NCBI GenBank assembly: GCA_003139775.1
Contig: PLGI01000080.1
Span: 34,063 to 98,062, forward strand
DNA length: 64,000 nucleotides
Reading direction: 5' to 3'
Source of the DNA: Syntrophaceae bacterium
GTDB taxonomy: Bacteria; Desulfobacterota; Syntrophia; Syntrophales; Smithellaceae
The first letter of the stretch is position 1. Every line of letters starts with the position of its first letter. The position numbers and the translations under genes are program-made. The notes beneath the pieces are model-generated. The model did no database searches, was not told the origin of the DNA, and saw nothing but the letters and a program-made list of their open reading frames with translations. Shown here piece after piece: positions 26,307-37,320 of this stretch.

Positions 26307-28490
26307 ATGAAAATGAAAAAATTAGAAATCATTGAAAAAGCAAAATCTCAAAAGCGAACGGCATTAACAGAAGCAGAAGCAAAGGAAGTGTTAAAAAAAT
26401 ACGGCATTCCGGTAGTAGAAGAAAAAGCCGTTAAAACCAGTGAGGAAACAGAGATAGCAGCGAAAGAAATAGGTTATCCTGTTGTTTTAAAAGGGTTGGG
26501 ATCCCGTCTTACACATAAAACAGAAAGAGGTTTGGTCAAGCTCAACTTAAAAAACAAGGAAGATGTTCGCTCTGCAGCTCTATATATAAAGGAAGCAGCC
26601 GGAAGTGATTTAGAGGGTTTTTTAATCCAGCCTATGCTGGAAGGCAAACGAGAGTTTGTTGCCGGTCTTTTCCATGATGAACAATTTGGCGCTACAGTAA
26701 TGTTTGGATTAGGCGGAATTTTTACAGAAGCCATCGGGGATGTTGTATTTCGTCTGGCTCCTCTTGATGATCACGAAGCACGAAAAATGATTGATGAGTT
26801 GCACGCGCAGAAATTACTGGGCGCATTTCGCGGGGAAAAAGCTGCGGACAAAGAGGCGTTGATTAAAACAATCGTGGGTTTATCAAAAATTGGAACAGAG
26901 ATACCGGAAATAAGAGAGATTGATATTAATCCATTATTAGTTACTGCCGACGGTAAAGTAACAGCGGTTGACGCCCTTATAGTTTTGGGGGAAGTACCCG
27001 ATAAAAAAACAACTCATGTTGCCATAGCGCCCAAGGCAATAGGACGTTTATTCTATCCTAAAGCAATTGCATTTATTGGCGCTTCCGCAGAGGTCAGCAA
27101 ATGGGGGAATTTGATATTCACTAATGTTCTCGCCGGAAAATACCAGGGGAAAATCTATTTGGTAAACCCCAAAGGAGAAGAAATTGCCGATAGAAAAGTT
27201 TTTAAATCCGTAACCGAAATCCCCGATCCGGTTGACCTTGCTGTTGTTACAATTCCCGCAAATAGAGTTTTAGCCTTAATACCTGAACTGAAGAAAAAGA
27301 AAATAAAAAATGTATTGCTTATCTCGTCTGGTTTTGCCGAAACGGGCGCGGAAGGCAAAGTCATGGAAGATGAGTTGGTAGAAAAAGCGCGAGAAGCAGG
27401 GATTTTAATTTTTGGCCCCAATACGATGGGAATATGTAATCCCTATATCTCACTTTATTGCACAGGAACGCATGTGAGACCAAAAGCGGGAAGTACAGTT
27501 TTGGTTACTCAATCAGGTAATTTGGGAACGCAGTTATTGGCTTTTGCCGAAAAAGAAGGCGTTGGCATCCGCGCGTTTGGCGGTTCAGGCAATGAAGCAA
27601 TGATAACAATTGAAGACGCTATGGGGGGATTTGAGGTTGATGAGCTGACTAAAACAGTTGTTTTGTACATAGAAAGTATTAAAAACGGCCGAAGGTTTTT
27701 TGAAGCGGCAAAACGTGTTGGAAGAAAAAAACCAATTATCGCCTTAAAAGGCGGGCGCACAGAGGCAGGAGCCCATGCGGCGGCCAGCCATACGGGTGCG
27801 ATGGCTTCTAATATAAAAGTGTTTAAAGCAGCGTGTCGGCAAGCAGGGATCGTACAGGTTGAAAACCCCATGGAATTGCTGGATCTTTCTGCGGCATTTT
27901 CCTCTTTACCGCTGCCCAAAGGGAAAAAAGTTGGTATTATGACTTTGGGAGGGGGCTGGGGTGTTGTCGCCTCAGACTTATGCGTGGAAAATGGTTTGGA
28001 GGTGCCAAAATTATCAGAGGATGTAATTTCTCGAATTAATAAATTGCTGCCACCGTTTTGGAGCCATGCTAATCCGATAGATGTCGTAGGGGAGATGAAT
28101 ACCGAGACATATATGACGATTCTGGAAGAACTTCTTCAATGGCCTGAGTGTGATGCCATAATCCATATGGGTATTATAGGAAGAATAATAATGATAAAAG
28201 CGATGCTGGAATCAACTGTCTCTGTAGATAAGAAATATAATCATAAATATGTAGAAGATTCTTTGCGTTACCTGGAAGATTTTGAACAACAGTGTATCGA
28301 GCGAACGATAAGATTAATGGAAAAATATGATAAACCGATAATAGGGGTTTATTTGCTCAATGATGATAAATCGCGAACAATCACCGATGTCGATGGCTTC
28401 AAATATAAAGGGGTAAACTTTATTACTCCGGAGCGAGCCGTTAAGGCATTGGGTAAAATGTATCAATATGCCCGGTGGTTGAAAGGGTGA
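26307..28490 (+). CDS. ADP-forming acetyl/acyl-CoA synthetase (NDP-forming), fused with the ATP-grasp part first
   Basis: 727-aa ORF. It has an N-terminal ATP-grasp segment (LTEAEAKEVLKKYGIPV). This is followed by a CoA-binding segment (AIAFIGAS...) and the phosphohistidine loop GAHAAASHTGAMAS. ATG 26313 is the likelier start (AGAGGA upstream). Confidence 0.8.
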   Translation: MKMKKLEIIEKAKSQKRTALTEAEAKEVLKKYGIPVVEEKAVKTSEETEIAAKEIGYPVVLKGLGSRLTHKTERGLVKLNLKNKEDVRSAALYIKEAAGSDLEGFLIQPMLEGKREFVAGLFHDEQFGATVMFGLGGIFTEAIGDVVFRLAPLDDHEARKMIDELHAQKLLGAFRGEKAADKEALIKTIVGLSKIGTEIPEIREIDINPLLVTADGKVTAVDALIVLGEVPDKKTTHVAIAPKAIGRLFYPKAIAFIGASAEVSKWGNLIFTNVLAGKYQGKIYLVNPKGEEIADRKVFKSVTEIPDPVDLAVVTIPANRVLALIPELKKKKIKNVLLISSGFAETGAEGKVMEDELVEKAREAGILIFGPNTMGICNPYISLYCTGTHVRPKAGSTVLVTQSGNLGTQLLAFAEKEGVGIRAFGGSGNEAMITIEDAMGGFEVDELTKTVVLYIESIKNGRRFFEAAKRVGRKKPIIALKGGRTEAGAHAAASHTGAMASNIKVFKAACRQAGIVQVENPMELLDLSAAFSSLPLPKGKKVGIMTLGGGWGVVASDLCVENGLEVPKLSEDVISRINKLLPPFWSHANPIDVVGEMNTETYMTILEELLQWPECDAIIHMGIIGRIIMIKAMLESTVSVDKKYNHKYVEDSLRYLEDFEQQCIERTIRLMEKYDKPIIGVYLLNDDKSRTITDVDGFKYKGVNFITPERAVKALGKMYQYARWLKG

Positions 28491-28514
28491 TGTTTCACGT
28501 GAAACATTTTTATT
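28490..28514 (+). terminator. Rho-independent terminator after the acyl-CoA synthetase gene
   Basis: Perfect palindrome ATGTTTCAC/GTGAAACAT (28490-28507) followed by TTTTATT. Confidence 0.6.
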
Positions 28515-28565
28515 GTTCAACTAATGCTTCAAATTTCACTTCGTTCATTTTCAGAGAGTCTCATT

Positions 28566-28597
28566 AAAAAAGGCAGGCTATTGTCGCCTGCCTTTTT
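28566..28597. terminator. Bidirectional rho-independent terminator
   Basis: AAAAA-AGGCAGGC-tattgtc-GCCTGCCT-TTTTT, lying between convergent genes. Confidence 0.7.
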
Positions 28598-28621
28598 GGT
28601 ACTCCAGAGGAATTAATCTTT

Positions 28622-30094
28622 CTATTCTATGTGCAATGCGACATAAAAAGCGGATTTGCCGCGCTTAACTAAAAACATCACGCTTTTCTTTTCAGCTGCC
28701 TTATTCATTTCCATAGTATATTGTTTCATGGAGGAAACTTTTACTTTGTTTACTTGAACAATTATATCCTGCGGTTGAATGCCGACATCATCCGCCGGAC
28801 TGCCCTCTTCCACGTCAGTGACTATTACGCCGGCATCGCGGGAAATTCCCAACTGTTGGGCGATTTCTTTAGTTATTTCCTGAGCAGCAATGCCAAAATA
28901 TCCATTTGATTTTTTTGTTAACGCTATTTCGGGTTTGTCTTTACGCTCCGTCACAACAACATGGAACGATAGTTCTTTGCCGTCGCGTAATGCTTTAATT
29001 AATACCTTTTCGCCAACATGCAATGAGGCAATCGTCAGGAGTAATTCATGGGTGTCTTTAATAGACTTTCCGTTGATTTCTACAATTATATCGCCTACTT
29101 TAATCCCCGCTTTGTCTGCTGGATCATCTTTAAAAACGTCGGATACTAAAGCGCCGTTCTTATTTTTGTGATTCAGATTTTTCGCTAAATCGTCTGAAAT
29201 GTCCTGGACGGAAACGCCTAACCATCCTCGAGTTACTTTGCCTTTTGTTTTCAGGTCCGACAAAATGCTTTTTGCCATATTCATCGGGATGGCAAAACCG
29301 ATGCCCTGCCCTTGGGCAACGATTGCAGTATTGATGCCGATAACTTTTCCGGCCATATTAAATAATGGTCCACCACTATTGCCCGGATTAATGGATGCAT
29401 CAGTTTGAATAAAATTATCATATGCGCCTGCTCCAATCACACGACCTTTGGCACTGATGATGCCGGCGGTAACGGTTTGCTCCAAGCCAAACGGATTGCC
29501 AATTGCAATAACCCACTCACCTACTCTTACTGCATCGGAATCACCTATCTCGACGAACGGTAAGCTATTATCAGGTTTGATCTTTATTAAGGCAATATCG
29601 GTTTTAGCGTCGGTGCCGATAATTTTTGCTTCATATTCCTTGCCGTCGGAAACTTTAACAAGAATTTTATCTGTCTGTTCTACAACATGATTATTCGTGA
29701 TAATGTATCCATCATTGCTGATAATAAAACCGGACCCAAGACTTCGTTGCTTAAATTCATGCTGGGGAATATCGCCAAAAAAGCGTTCAAAGAAATCATC
29801 TCCGAAATGTCCGCCGAAAGGCGACCGGCCAAATGGCGTACCCAAACCGCTTCGTCCTTTAAATGTCTTTGTCGTGCTGATGTTTACGACTGCAGGTTTA
29901 ACGCGTTCGGCCAGATCTGAAAAAGAAGCAGGTGTATTTGTTTCCGAGGAAGAAACTGCTGAGGCCGTTTGAATTTCCGGCGCCCCTGAAGGGAAAAAAG
30001 AAGATCGCAGAACTTCTACAAAAGAAACAATAAAAAATGCGACCAAAAACGCCATTAAGAACATAAAAAATGTCTTACGATTTTTACTTTCCAT
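28622..30094 (-). CDS. htrA: Periplasmic serine endoprotease DegP/HtrA family (two PDZ domains)
   Basis: Reads GNSGGPLFN and NNHVV, followed by two PDZ-like segments. The start is set at ATG 30094 (GGAGG 5 nt upstream). Confidence 0.9.
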   Translation of the reverse strand: MESKNRKTFFMFLMAFLVAFFIVSFVEVLRSSFFPSGAPEIQTASAVSSSETNTPASFSDLAERVKPAVVNISTTKTFKGRSGLGTPFGRSPFGGHFGDDFFERFFGDIPQHEFKQRSLGSGFIISNDGYIITNNHVVEQTDKILVKVSDGKEYEAKIIGTDAKTDIALIKIKPDNSLPFVEIGDSDAVRVGEWVIAIGNPFGLEQTVTAGIISAKGRVIGAGAYDNFIQTDASINPGNSGGPLFNMAGKVIGINTAIVAQGQGIGFAIPMNMAKSILSDLKTKGKVTRGWLGVSVQDISDDLAKNLNHKNKNGALVSDVFKDDPADKAGIKVGDIIVEINGKSIKDTHELLLTIASLHVGEKVLIKALRDGKELSFHVVVTERKDKPEIALTKKSNGYFGIAAQEITKEIAQQLGISRDAGVIVTDVEEGSPADDVGIQPQDIIVQVNKVKVSSMKQYTMEMNKAAEKKSVMFLVKRGKSAFYVALHIE

Positions 30095-30255
30095 ATTATC
30101 CTCCGCCACATTGATAAAAAATCATGGCCATTTTGCCACGTTGTCTAAAATTAATTTACTTGATAAGTGTATTTAATATAACGGCTGCCTAGTTTTTGTC
30201 AATGAAATATTATTGAATTTTAGCAGTTTGAAGTTTTAACGATCATGTGTTAGTA

Positions 30256-31038
30256 TTACGAAGTTGATAGTTTATAAATTTCCGCATGGCAATATTCTTT
30301 GAAACCCGTCCGTATGTAAACCTTAGCACCCAATGGCGTTGCCTGCAAAATTACATTTTTAAAACCATCTTGCATCGCCGCTTGCATCGCGCCTTGTGTG
30401 ATCGCTAGGCCGAATCCTTTATTTCTGAAGGCGGGGAGAGTAGATACATAGTAGATGCCCGCTGAATTTTTATGAGTGAAAAGTAGCGAGGTGGCTACCG
30501 GCTTTCCCTCGCAATAGGCCAGAAAAAGCTTTTGTGGCGATTGCGTGCCAAGGTCAAATGAAGAAACAAAAGTGCCATACTGCTCTCTGGCGCGCCGGGG
30601 CATTGCAAAGCCGCGGAAAGAGATATCTTCCCAGATAAGCAAGTCATTTTTATCTTTAACCGGAGATATTGTTACATTATCAGGACTTTGCTTATCTGAT
30701 ACCGAATCGTTCAAAGCCGCCGCCATACAAGGAACTTTTTCAATCAAACGCAAGCCCGCATCTTGTAATATTCTTCTTGTTTCCGGCGATTGCCCGCAGG
30801 GATATATCCACCACCAGAAACGCAGATTTAATTTTTTGTAAATTTCTTTTATGTCAGCGATGGATTTTGCGTTATCATCGGTTAAAGGTTTTTCATTCCA
30901 TACCCAGTTGATATCGGCAATAGCTGCGCCCGTGTTCATTGCCCCGATTGATCCGGCCTGAATCAACGAAGAATTTAGGCCTCCCCAGTAGCGGCAGACG
31001 GCAAAAAAATTTTCTTCAATATGTTTGATTAAATCCAT
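30256..31038 (-). CDS. GNAT family N-acetyltransferase (C-terminal GNAT domain)
   Basis: 260-aa ORF with VSTLPAFRNKGFGLAITQGAM. It abuts the pdxT stop. Confidence 0.7.
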   Translation of the reverse strand: MDLIKHIEENFFAVCRYWGGLNSSLIQAGSIGAMNTGAAIADINWVWNEKPLTDDNAKSIADIKEIYKKLNLRFWWWIYPCGQSPETRRILQDAGLRLIEKVPCMAAALNDSVSDKQSPDNVTISPVKDKNDLLIWEDISFRGFAMPRRAREQYGTFVSSFDLGTQSPQKLFLAYCEGKPVATSLLFTHKNSAGIYYVSTLPAFRNKGFGLAITQGAMQAAMQDGFKNVILQATPLGAKVYIRTGFKEYCHAEIYKLSTS

Positions 31039-31713
31039 TTAATCAATGCCGGATTGTCTTGTCCAACTCGAACTTTTCCAAAGCGGATCAATATAACCAT
31101 GATCATTAGTCGCAAGTTTCAATCCGCATTTGATGGCGAAATACCGATGCAGGGCAAGGCATCCGGTTAATTCCGGATGAAATACCGTCACCAAAACATT
31201 TTCGCTTTCCGCTGCCGCTATGTAATTGTCAATTTTTAAAAGGACATTAATTTCTTTACCTACAGAGATAATTTTGGGCGCGCGAATAAAAGTCAAGGGT
31301 ATTGGTTCGACAGAAACAGCAGGAATCATCGCCTCACTGGTAAAACTATCGAGTTGACTGCCGAAGCTGTTGCGCTCGATTTTTATATCGATCAAACCAA
31401 GGCAAGACGTTTCACCAACCACTTTCTTCGCTAGTAAAATTGCTCCCGCGCAAGTACCCCAAATTTTCATACCCTCGCGATGAGTCCGAAGTAATATTTC
31501 CTTGATTTCAAAAATATTAAGCAGCCTCGAAATGCAGGAACTTTCACCGCCGGGAATGATTAAACCGGCCAGATCTGCAAAATCCGAGGCCTGCTTTACT
31601 CTTCGGGCAGAAACTCCCAGCCGCTCCAGATGATCCAGATGCTCATGCACTCCGCCTTGTAAATCCAGAATTCCAATGATAGAGGGCTTATTGCTTACTA
31701 AATGCAATGTCAT
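31039..31713 (-). CDS. pdxT: Pyridoxal 5'-phosphate synthase, glutaminase subunit
   Basis: Reads IGILDLQGGVHEH, GTCAGAILLA and FHPEL. It carries about 30 extra C-terminal residues. Confidence 0.88.
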   Translation of the reverse strand: MTLHLVSNKPSIIGILDLQGGVHEHLDHLERLGVSARRVKQASDFADLAGLIIPGGESSCISRLLNIFEIKEILLRTHREGMKIWGTCAGAILLAKKVVGETSCLGLIDIKIERNSFGSQLDSFTSEAMIPAVSVEPIPLTFIRAPKIISVGKEINVLLKIDNYIAAAESENVLVTVFHPELTGCLALHRYFAIKCGLKLATNDHGYIDPLWKSSSWTRQSGID

Positions 31714-31720
31714 AAAAAAA

Positions 31721-32602
31721 TTACCAGCCTCGTCCGGCTAATATTTGTTCAGGCGGAATTTGTGATATTTCCAGACCGGGCATTGCCTCTCCCAGGTCCA
31801 TCGATGCTTCCAATACCTTTTGCGGATCATTAAAATAAGCTGTTGCCTTGACGATAGCTCGTGCCCGCGGGGCTGGATCGACAGATTTGAAAATACCGGA
31901 ACCAACAAAAACGCCATCGCAGCCCAACTGCATCATTAAAGCGGCATCCGCAGGAGTGGCAATGCCGCCCGCCGCAAAATTAACCACCGGCAGGCGTCCT
32001 AGCTCTTTGACTTTTAAGGCCAGTTCGTAGGGAATGCCGTTTGTTTTGGCAAATCCGGTGACTTCTTCCACAGGCATCTGCGCCAACTGACGAATCTCGC
32101 GGTTCATAGTTCTCATATGGCGAACAGCTTCGACAACGTTTCCCGTTCCCGCCTCCCCTTTAGTACGGATCATTGCCGCGCCTTCGGCAATACGGCGCAG
32201 GGCCTCGCCAAGATTGCGCGCGCCGCAAACAAAAGGAATCGAGAATTTTGTCTTATCAATATGGCATTCTTCATCAGCCGGGGTCAAAACTTCGCTTTCA
32301 TCTATATAATCAATGCGTAAAGCTTCCAGAATTTGCGCTTCTACAAAATGACCGATACGTGCTTTGGCCATAACTGGTATGGATACGGTTTTTTTAATTT
32401 TGGCAATCATCGACGGGTCGGACATCCTGGCCACGCCGCCATGCTTGCGGATATCTGCAGGCACTCGCTCCAGAGCCATAACAGCCACCGCTCCGGCTTC
32501 TTCCGCAATCTTTGCCTGTTCCACATTTGTTACATCCATGATGACGCCGCCTTTTAACATTTGCGCCAGTTGGACATTTAATTCATATCTTTTTGCATCC
32601 AC
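31721..32602 (-). CDS. pdxS: Pyridoxal 5'-phosphate synthase, lyase subunit
   Basis: 293-aa ORF with [21 protein letters not shown] and FVGSGIFKS. Confidence 0.93.
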   Translation of the reverse strand: MDAKRYELNVQLAQMLKGGVIMDVTNVEQAKIAEEAGAVAVMALERVPADIRKHGGVARMSDPSMIAKIKKTVSIPVMAKARIGHFVEAQILEALRIDYIDESEVLTPADEECHIDKTKFSIPFVCGARNLGEALRRIAEGAAMIRTKGEAGTGNVVEAVRHMRTMNREIRQLAQMPVEEVTGFAKTNGIPYELALKVKELGRLPVVNFAAGGIATPADAALMMQLGCDGVFVGSGIFKSVDPAPRARAIVKATAYFNDPQKVLEASMDLGEAMPGLEISQIPPEQILAGRGW

Positions 32603-32677
32603 TTTAATTTGCCTCCTAATTTAATACCTTATTATAATACTTCACAAGAGAGTTGCCTAGTGAAAAGAATGATCAAA

Positions 32678-33457
32678 CTACCAAAGTATTCTTGTTTTAA
32701 TTTGATGTTCATTTAAATATTGCTTGATTTCGGCAATTGTATAGGTGCGGTAATGCACCATAGAAGCGATCAATGCCGCGTCGGCTCTGCCTTTGGTCAA
32801 GACTTCGGCCAAATGTTGGGGTTTTCCGGCGCCTCCGGAGGCGATAACCGGAATATGCACATTTTTGGAAATCAGCGCCGTTAAAGTCAATTCATATCCT
32901 GTCTGTGTGCCGTCGGCATCAATGGAATTCAGACAAATTTCACCGGCGCCAAGCTTTTCTGCCTCCTTTGCCCACCAGAGAGCATCAATGCCCGTATATT
33001 TTCTCCCGCCATGGATGACTATTTCATAGCCCGAAGGAATTTTGCCGGATACATCCACTTTTTTTACATCCATGCCCAGCACAATGCACTGACTGCCAAA
33101 CGCTTTGGCGCCCTGCGTTATTATTTCAGGCTCGTTCACAGCAGCAGAATTGACGCTGACTTTTTCCGCTCCGGCCAAAATAACTTTGCGCATATCTTCC
33201 AGATTGCGGATGCCGCCGCCCACGGAAAAGGGGATAAAAATCGTTTCCGCCACGCGCCGCACCACATCAATCATGATGTCGCGTTTGTCGGATGACGCCG
33301 TAATATCGTAAAAAACAATTTCATCCGCGCCCTGTTCATAATATTCCCGTGCTGCTTCCACCGGATCGCCGATATCCACATTGCCTTTAAATTTAATGCC
33401 TTTGGTGAGCTTGCCATCGCGCACATCCAGACAGGGAATAATTCTTTTGCTAAGCAT
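32678..33457 (-). CDS. hisF: Imidazole glycerol phosphate synthase, cyclase subunit
   Basis: Starts [15 protein letters not shown] (ATG 33457 behind GGAGGGG) and overlaps the hisH stop by 8 nt. Confidence 0.9.
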   Translation of the reverse strand: MLSKRIIPCLDVRDGKLTKGIKFKGNVDIGDPVEAAREYYEQGADEIVFYDITASSDKRDIMIDVVRRVAETIFIPFSVGGGIRNLEDMRKVILAGAEKVSVNSAAVNEPEIITQGAKAFGSQCIVLGMDVKKVDVSGKIPSGYEIVIHGGRKYTGIDALWWAKEAEKLGAGEICLNSIDADGTQTGYELTLTALISKNVHIPVIASGGAGKPQHLAEVLTKGRADAALIASMVHYRTYTIAEIKQYLNEHQIKTRILW

Positions 33458-34079
33458 TGCCCCTCCACGCGCAGAAATTTCGCAGAATTTGTAAGCCGGG
33501 ACGCCCGCTTTTTTCCGGGTGAAACTGCATGGCCACAAGATTCTCTTTGGCCAGCACCGAGCAGAATGTCATGCCGTAATCGGTTGTGCCTAAAATCGCT
33601 CTTTCATCAGACGGAGCCGGATAATAAGAATGCACAAAATAAAATTCGGCATCCGGTGAAATATCCTGAAATACCGGATGACTGTGGCGAAAAGTAACGC
33701 TGTTCCAGCCCATGTGCGGGATCTTTAATGTCTGGCTGCCGGAAGTTAATTTGTAGGGGAATCGTTTTGTCGAACCGGTGACAAGGCCGATACAATTAGT
33801 GTCATTTTCCTCGGAATAATCCAGAACAATCTGCGTGCCCAGGCAGATGCCCATTAAAGGTTTTCCAGTTGATAACCATGTTTTCAGCCAGATATCGAGT
33901 TTCTTTTCACGCAGATAAGCCATTGCCTCACCCGCCGCGCCTACGCCGGGAAAGATCACATGGCTGGCAGCATTGAGCTTTTTGGTATTGTCAGTTACGA
34001 CAAATTCCTGCCCGATATTTTGCAAGGCCCGCGCTACGCTCGTGATATTTCCAGCGTTATAGTTAATTATCGCTATCAT
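33450..34079 (-). CDS. hisH: Imidazole glycerol phosphate synthase, glutaminase subunit
   Basis: 209-aa class I amidotransferase with GICLGTQ, HSYY and FHPEKSG. Confidence 0.9.
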   Translation of the reverse strand: MIAIINYNAGNITSVARALQNIGQEFVVTDNTKKLNAASHVIFPGVGAAGEAMAYLREKKLDIWLKTWLSTGKPLMGICLGTQIVLDYSEENDTNCIGLVTGSTKRFPYKLTSGSQTLKIPHMGWNSVTFRHSHPVFQDISPDAEFYFVHSYYPAPSDERAILGTTDYGMTFCSVLAKENLVAMQFHPEKSGRPGLQILRNFCAWRGNA

Positions 34080-34275
34080 CTATTCTCTCGTAAGAAAAAT
34101 TTAACACATATGCACTTAGCAATTTTTGTGCAAATATCATAGATTTTTTTACCATATTATCCCGCCTTTGATAACTTCGTAAAATGCCCAGAGACAAGGC
34201 GCGCGAATTGAGCGCAATCAGGCATACACCGGATACACTCCGCATATGCATAGCCCGGCGACTGCCGGGGACTTT

Positions 34276-35265
34276 TTACGGAGTTATCCCATAGTTTTTC
34301 CCTTGATACGAATTTCGCCGTTCCAGCTCTTTATTAATCGAGTTCAATACATCTAATTTATTCATTGTCCAGTCGGGCGCAAGGAAAATATCGCGATAGC
34401 CATCGGCAGTCAGGCGCTGAATCACCATTTCGGGCGGCAAAATCTCCAGAACATCGGCCGCTAAAGAAACATATTTTTCTTTCGTTATCATACATACAGA
34501 GCCTTTTTTGTATATTTCACCAAGGGCGGTTCCTTCCAGAGCGAGCAGAGAATGAATCTTGATACCCTGTAAAGGCAGGGCAGCAAGAGTCCTGGCTGTC
34601 GTTAATACATCTTCGTTGCTCTCCCCCGGCAAACCGATAATAATGTGAACACAAATGTTCAGGCCGTGTCCAGCCAGAGAATTCACCGCGTCCAGGAATT
34701 GCTGGAAATTATGTCCCCGGTTGATGAACTGCAAAGTCTTGTCGTGAACAGATTGCAGGCCCAACTCCACCCAGATGTGATATTTTTTCGCATATTCGCC
34801 TAATAACTCGATAACATCGGGGTCCAGGCAATCCGGCCTTGTGCCGATGGAAAGACCGATGATATCTTCCTGAGACAGCGCTTCATCAAATATTTTTCGC
34901 AATTTTCCCATCGGAGCGTAAGTATTGGTAAATGTTTGGAAATAAGCGATAAATTTTGAGGCCTGCGGTTTATAATACTTTTTTCCGGAAGCAATTTGCT
35001 CGGCAACCAATGGCAAATTGCCCTTTTGGCGCAGTTTTGATCCTCTGCCGTCGCAGTAAATACAGCCGCCAGTTGCGACATGTCCGTCACGGTTCGGGCA
35101 GGTAAATCCCGCGTCAATTGCTAATTTATGGACATTACAGCCGAACAGGTTCCGCCAGTAGCTTTTCAGATCATAATAATTTTTGCTGTTTTTCCAAAAA
35201 TCCGGTTTAACCAAGGGTGCCTCTTTTTTTGTTGTGTTTTTACGGTCTATGCCGTAAAAAAACAT
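34276..35265 (-). CDS. Radical SAM protein, TIGR01212 (YhcC-like) family
   Basis: 329-aa ORF with FTCPNRDG....GGCIYCD and a family-typical length. Confidence 0.8.
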   Translation of the reverse strand: MFFYGIDRKNTTKKEAPLVKPDFWKNSKNYYDLKSYWRNLFGCNVHKLAIDAGFTCPNRDGHVATGGCIYCDGRGSKLRQKGNLPLVAEQIASGKKYYKPQASKFIAYFQTFTNTYAPMGKLRKIFDEALSQEDIIGLSIGTRPDCLDPDVIELLGEYAKKYHIWVELGLQSVHDKTLQFINRGHNFQQFLDAVNSLAGHGLNICVHIIIGLPGESNEDVLTTARTLAALPLQGIKIHSLLALEGTALGEIYKKGSVCMITKEKYVSLAADVLEILPPEMVIQRLTADGYRDIFLAPDWTMNKLDVLNSINKELERRNSYQGKNYGITP

Positions 35266-35339
35266 CAGTCCAAGTTTCCGGCACTAGGTTTAACATTGAT
35301 TGAAAACAAGCGCAAGTAATCGGATTAGGAGCAGATAAG

Positions 35340-37205
35340 TTGATTGATAACTATGATGTCTTGGTAATTGGCGGCGGGCATGCCGGCTGCGAAGCGGCCC
35401 TGGCTTCAGCGCGCATGGGTTGCCGGACAATTTTGTTTAATATTAATTTGGATTCGATTGCGCTGATGTCCTGCAATCCGGCCATTGGGGGCTTAGCCAA
35501 AGGTCAACTGGTCAAGGAAATTGACGCCCTCGGCGGTGAGATGGGCAAGATTACCGATAAAACCGCCGTGCATTTTCGGATGCTCAATGCCTCCAAGGGC
35601 CCGGCCGTTCATTCTTCCCGGATGCAGTGCGATAAGCAACTCTACCGGCTGACGATGAAAGCGGTAGTTGAGAATCAGCAGAATCTCAACATCCGGCAGG
35701 CCATGGTCGAGAGCCTCGTGATTGAAAACGGTACGATAAAAGGAGTGCTGGATCAAAGCGGTTATTTTTACGGCGCGAAAAAAGTTATTATTACCACCGG
35801 CACTTTTTTAAACGGTCTGGTGCATATAGGCGCTTCTCAAACACCTTCGGGACGCGCCGGAGAACTGGCTTCCATCGGACTTGCCAACAATCTCAAAGGG
35901 CTTGGTTTTGATATAGGTAGAATGAAAACGGGAACTCCGCCCCGCCTGCGCGCATCCTCTATTGATTTTTCCCGATTAGAGCGCCAAGACAGCGATCCCT
36001 CTCCGCAGCCATTTTCCTTTACCACCATTGCTCTGCGACCGGAGCGTTTGCCTTCCTATTTCAGCGCCACATCCGCCAAAACACATCGTGTGATTAGAGA
36101 AAATATTCAACATTCGCCTCTTTATTCCGGTACTATTAAGGGCGTAAGCGCCCGCTACTGTCCTTCTCTGGAAGATAAAGTAATGCGCTTCAGCGAACGC
36201 GAAAGCCATCCGGTGGTGCTGGAGCATGAAGGACTCGACACGCAGGAAGTATATGCCAAAGGTTTGGGCAACTGTCTGCCGCTGGAATTACAGTATCAGA
36301 TTGTACGCAGTGTGAAAGGATTGGAGCAGGCGCAAATCATGCGCCCGGCTTACGCGATAGAATATGATTTTGTTCAGCCGACACAACTTAAACCAACTCT
36401 GGAGACAAAATTAGTTGCAGGATTGTATCTGGCCGGTCAGATAAACGGCACATCCGGTTATGAGGAAGCGGCGGCGCAGGGTCTCTGGGCGGGAATCAAT
36501 GCCGCGCGCGCCGTGCAGGACGCGCCAGCCTTTATTCTGGATCGTTCCGAGGCTTACATAGCAGTGATGATCGATGATCTGGTTACGCGCGGCGTGGATG
36601 AACCCTACCGCATGTTTACCTCGCGCGCCGAATACCGTCTTATTCTGCGGGAAGATAATGCCATCATCCGTTTAATGGGCAAGGGCTGCGAGCTGGGATT
36701 GATTGATCGCGAGCATTATTTATCTTTGCAGGATAAAATTCATCAGATTGAGAAAGGGATTGAACGGCTGAAAGCATCATCGATCAACCCAACGCCGGAA
36801 ATAAACGAAATATTGGCAAAGATCCCATCACCGCCTTTGAATAATCACTCCACTCTTTACGGTCTGCTGAAACGTTATGAAATATCTTATGACAATTTGG
36901 CCGGATTTCCCGGCTGGGAGCCGCAAAGAGATTCCTTTGTCAAACAACAGATTGAAATTGAAACCAAGTATGAAGGTTACATCAAGCGTCAATTTGATGC
37001 CGTGAAAAAATTAAAAGATCAGGAAAAAAAGAAAATCCCGCCGGATTTTGATTACAACTGTGTTCCCGGCCTCTCCAATGAATTAAAAGCAAAACTCACC
37101 AAAATAGCGCCGCAAACACTAGGTCAGATGGAACGCATTATCGGCATGACCGAAGGCGCCATCTCCGCTGTCCTAATCATGATGAAGAAACAGGAAAGCC
37201 AGTAA
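35340..37205 (+). CDS. mnmG: tRNA uridine 5-carboxymethylaminomethyl modification enzyme
   Basis: 621-aa ORF with [19 protein letters not shown] start with AGGAG 8 nt upstream. Confidence 0.93.
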   Translation: MIDNYDVLVIGGGHAGCEAALASARMGCRTILFNINLDSIALMSCNPAIGGLAKGQLVKEIDALGGEMGKITDKTAVHFRMLNASKGPAVHSSRMQCDKQLYRLTMKAVVENQQNLNIRQAMVESLVIENGTIKGVLDQSGYFYGAKKVIITTGTFLNGLVHIGASQTPSGRAGELASIGLANNLKGLGFDIGRMKTGTPPRLRASSIDFSRLERQDSDPSPQPFSFTTIALRPERLPSYFSATSAKTHRVIRENIQHSPLYSGTIKGVSARYCPSLEDKVMRFSERESHPVVLEHEGLDTQEVYAKGLGNCLPLELQYQIVRSVKGLEQAQIMRPAYAIEYDFVQPTQLKPTLETKLVAGLYLAGQINGTSGYEEAAAQGLWAGINAARAVQDAPAFILDRSEAYIAVMIDDLVTRGVDEPYRMFTSRAEYRLILREDNAIIRLMGKGCELGLIDREHYLSLQDKIHQIEKGIERLKASSINPTPEINEILAKIPSPPLNNHSTLYGLLKRYEISYDNLAGFPGWEPQRDSFVKQQIEIETKYEGYIKRQFDAVKKLKDQEKKKIPPDFDYNCVPGLSNELKAKLTKIAPQTLGQMERIIGMTEGAISAVLIMMKKQESQ

Positions 37206-37320
37206 TTGAGTGCTGTGATATTTATTTTGACTTCACATAAATATTTCTATATAAGTAAACATAATTAATGAGACTGTCTGAATATTTTTTCATAAGAAAT
37301 GAATCCAAAGGCTTTTTATT

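Noticed and set aside
26020-26310. 96-aa ORF (MQQVLIPRLQPREECGV...GEPPAPAGGDSTDE), and the 76-aa ORF at 25076-25306.
   Set aside because: Both are simply translations of the multi-hairpin repeat copies B and C. They have no RBS, and the same pseudo-peptide arises wherever the repeat occurs.
28490-28507. The palindrome ATGTTTCACGTGAAACAT uses the same heptamers as the TetR operator, so it could be a third operator.
   Set aside because: The half-sites are in everted order (TGTTTCA..TGAAACA), not the operator order. The element sits right at the stop codon and is followed by a T-run. A terminator hairpin is the simpler reading, and the heptamer match may be coincidental.
32678-34079. An isolated hisH-hisF pair, away from other his genes and next to pdxST, might be a non-histidine paralog pair (for example sugar-modification WbuY/WbuZ-type).
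   Set aside because: The sequences carry canonical HisF/HisH motifs and there are no glycan-biosynthesis neighbours. The evidence is insufficient for anything beyond standard IGP synthase.
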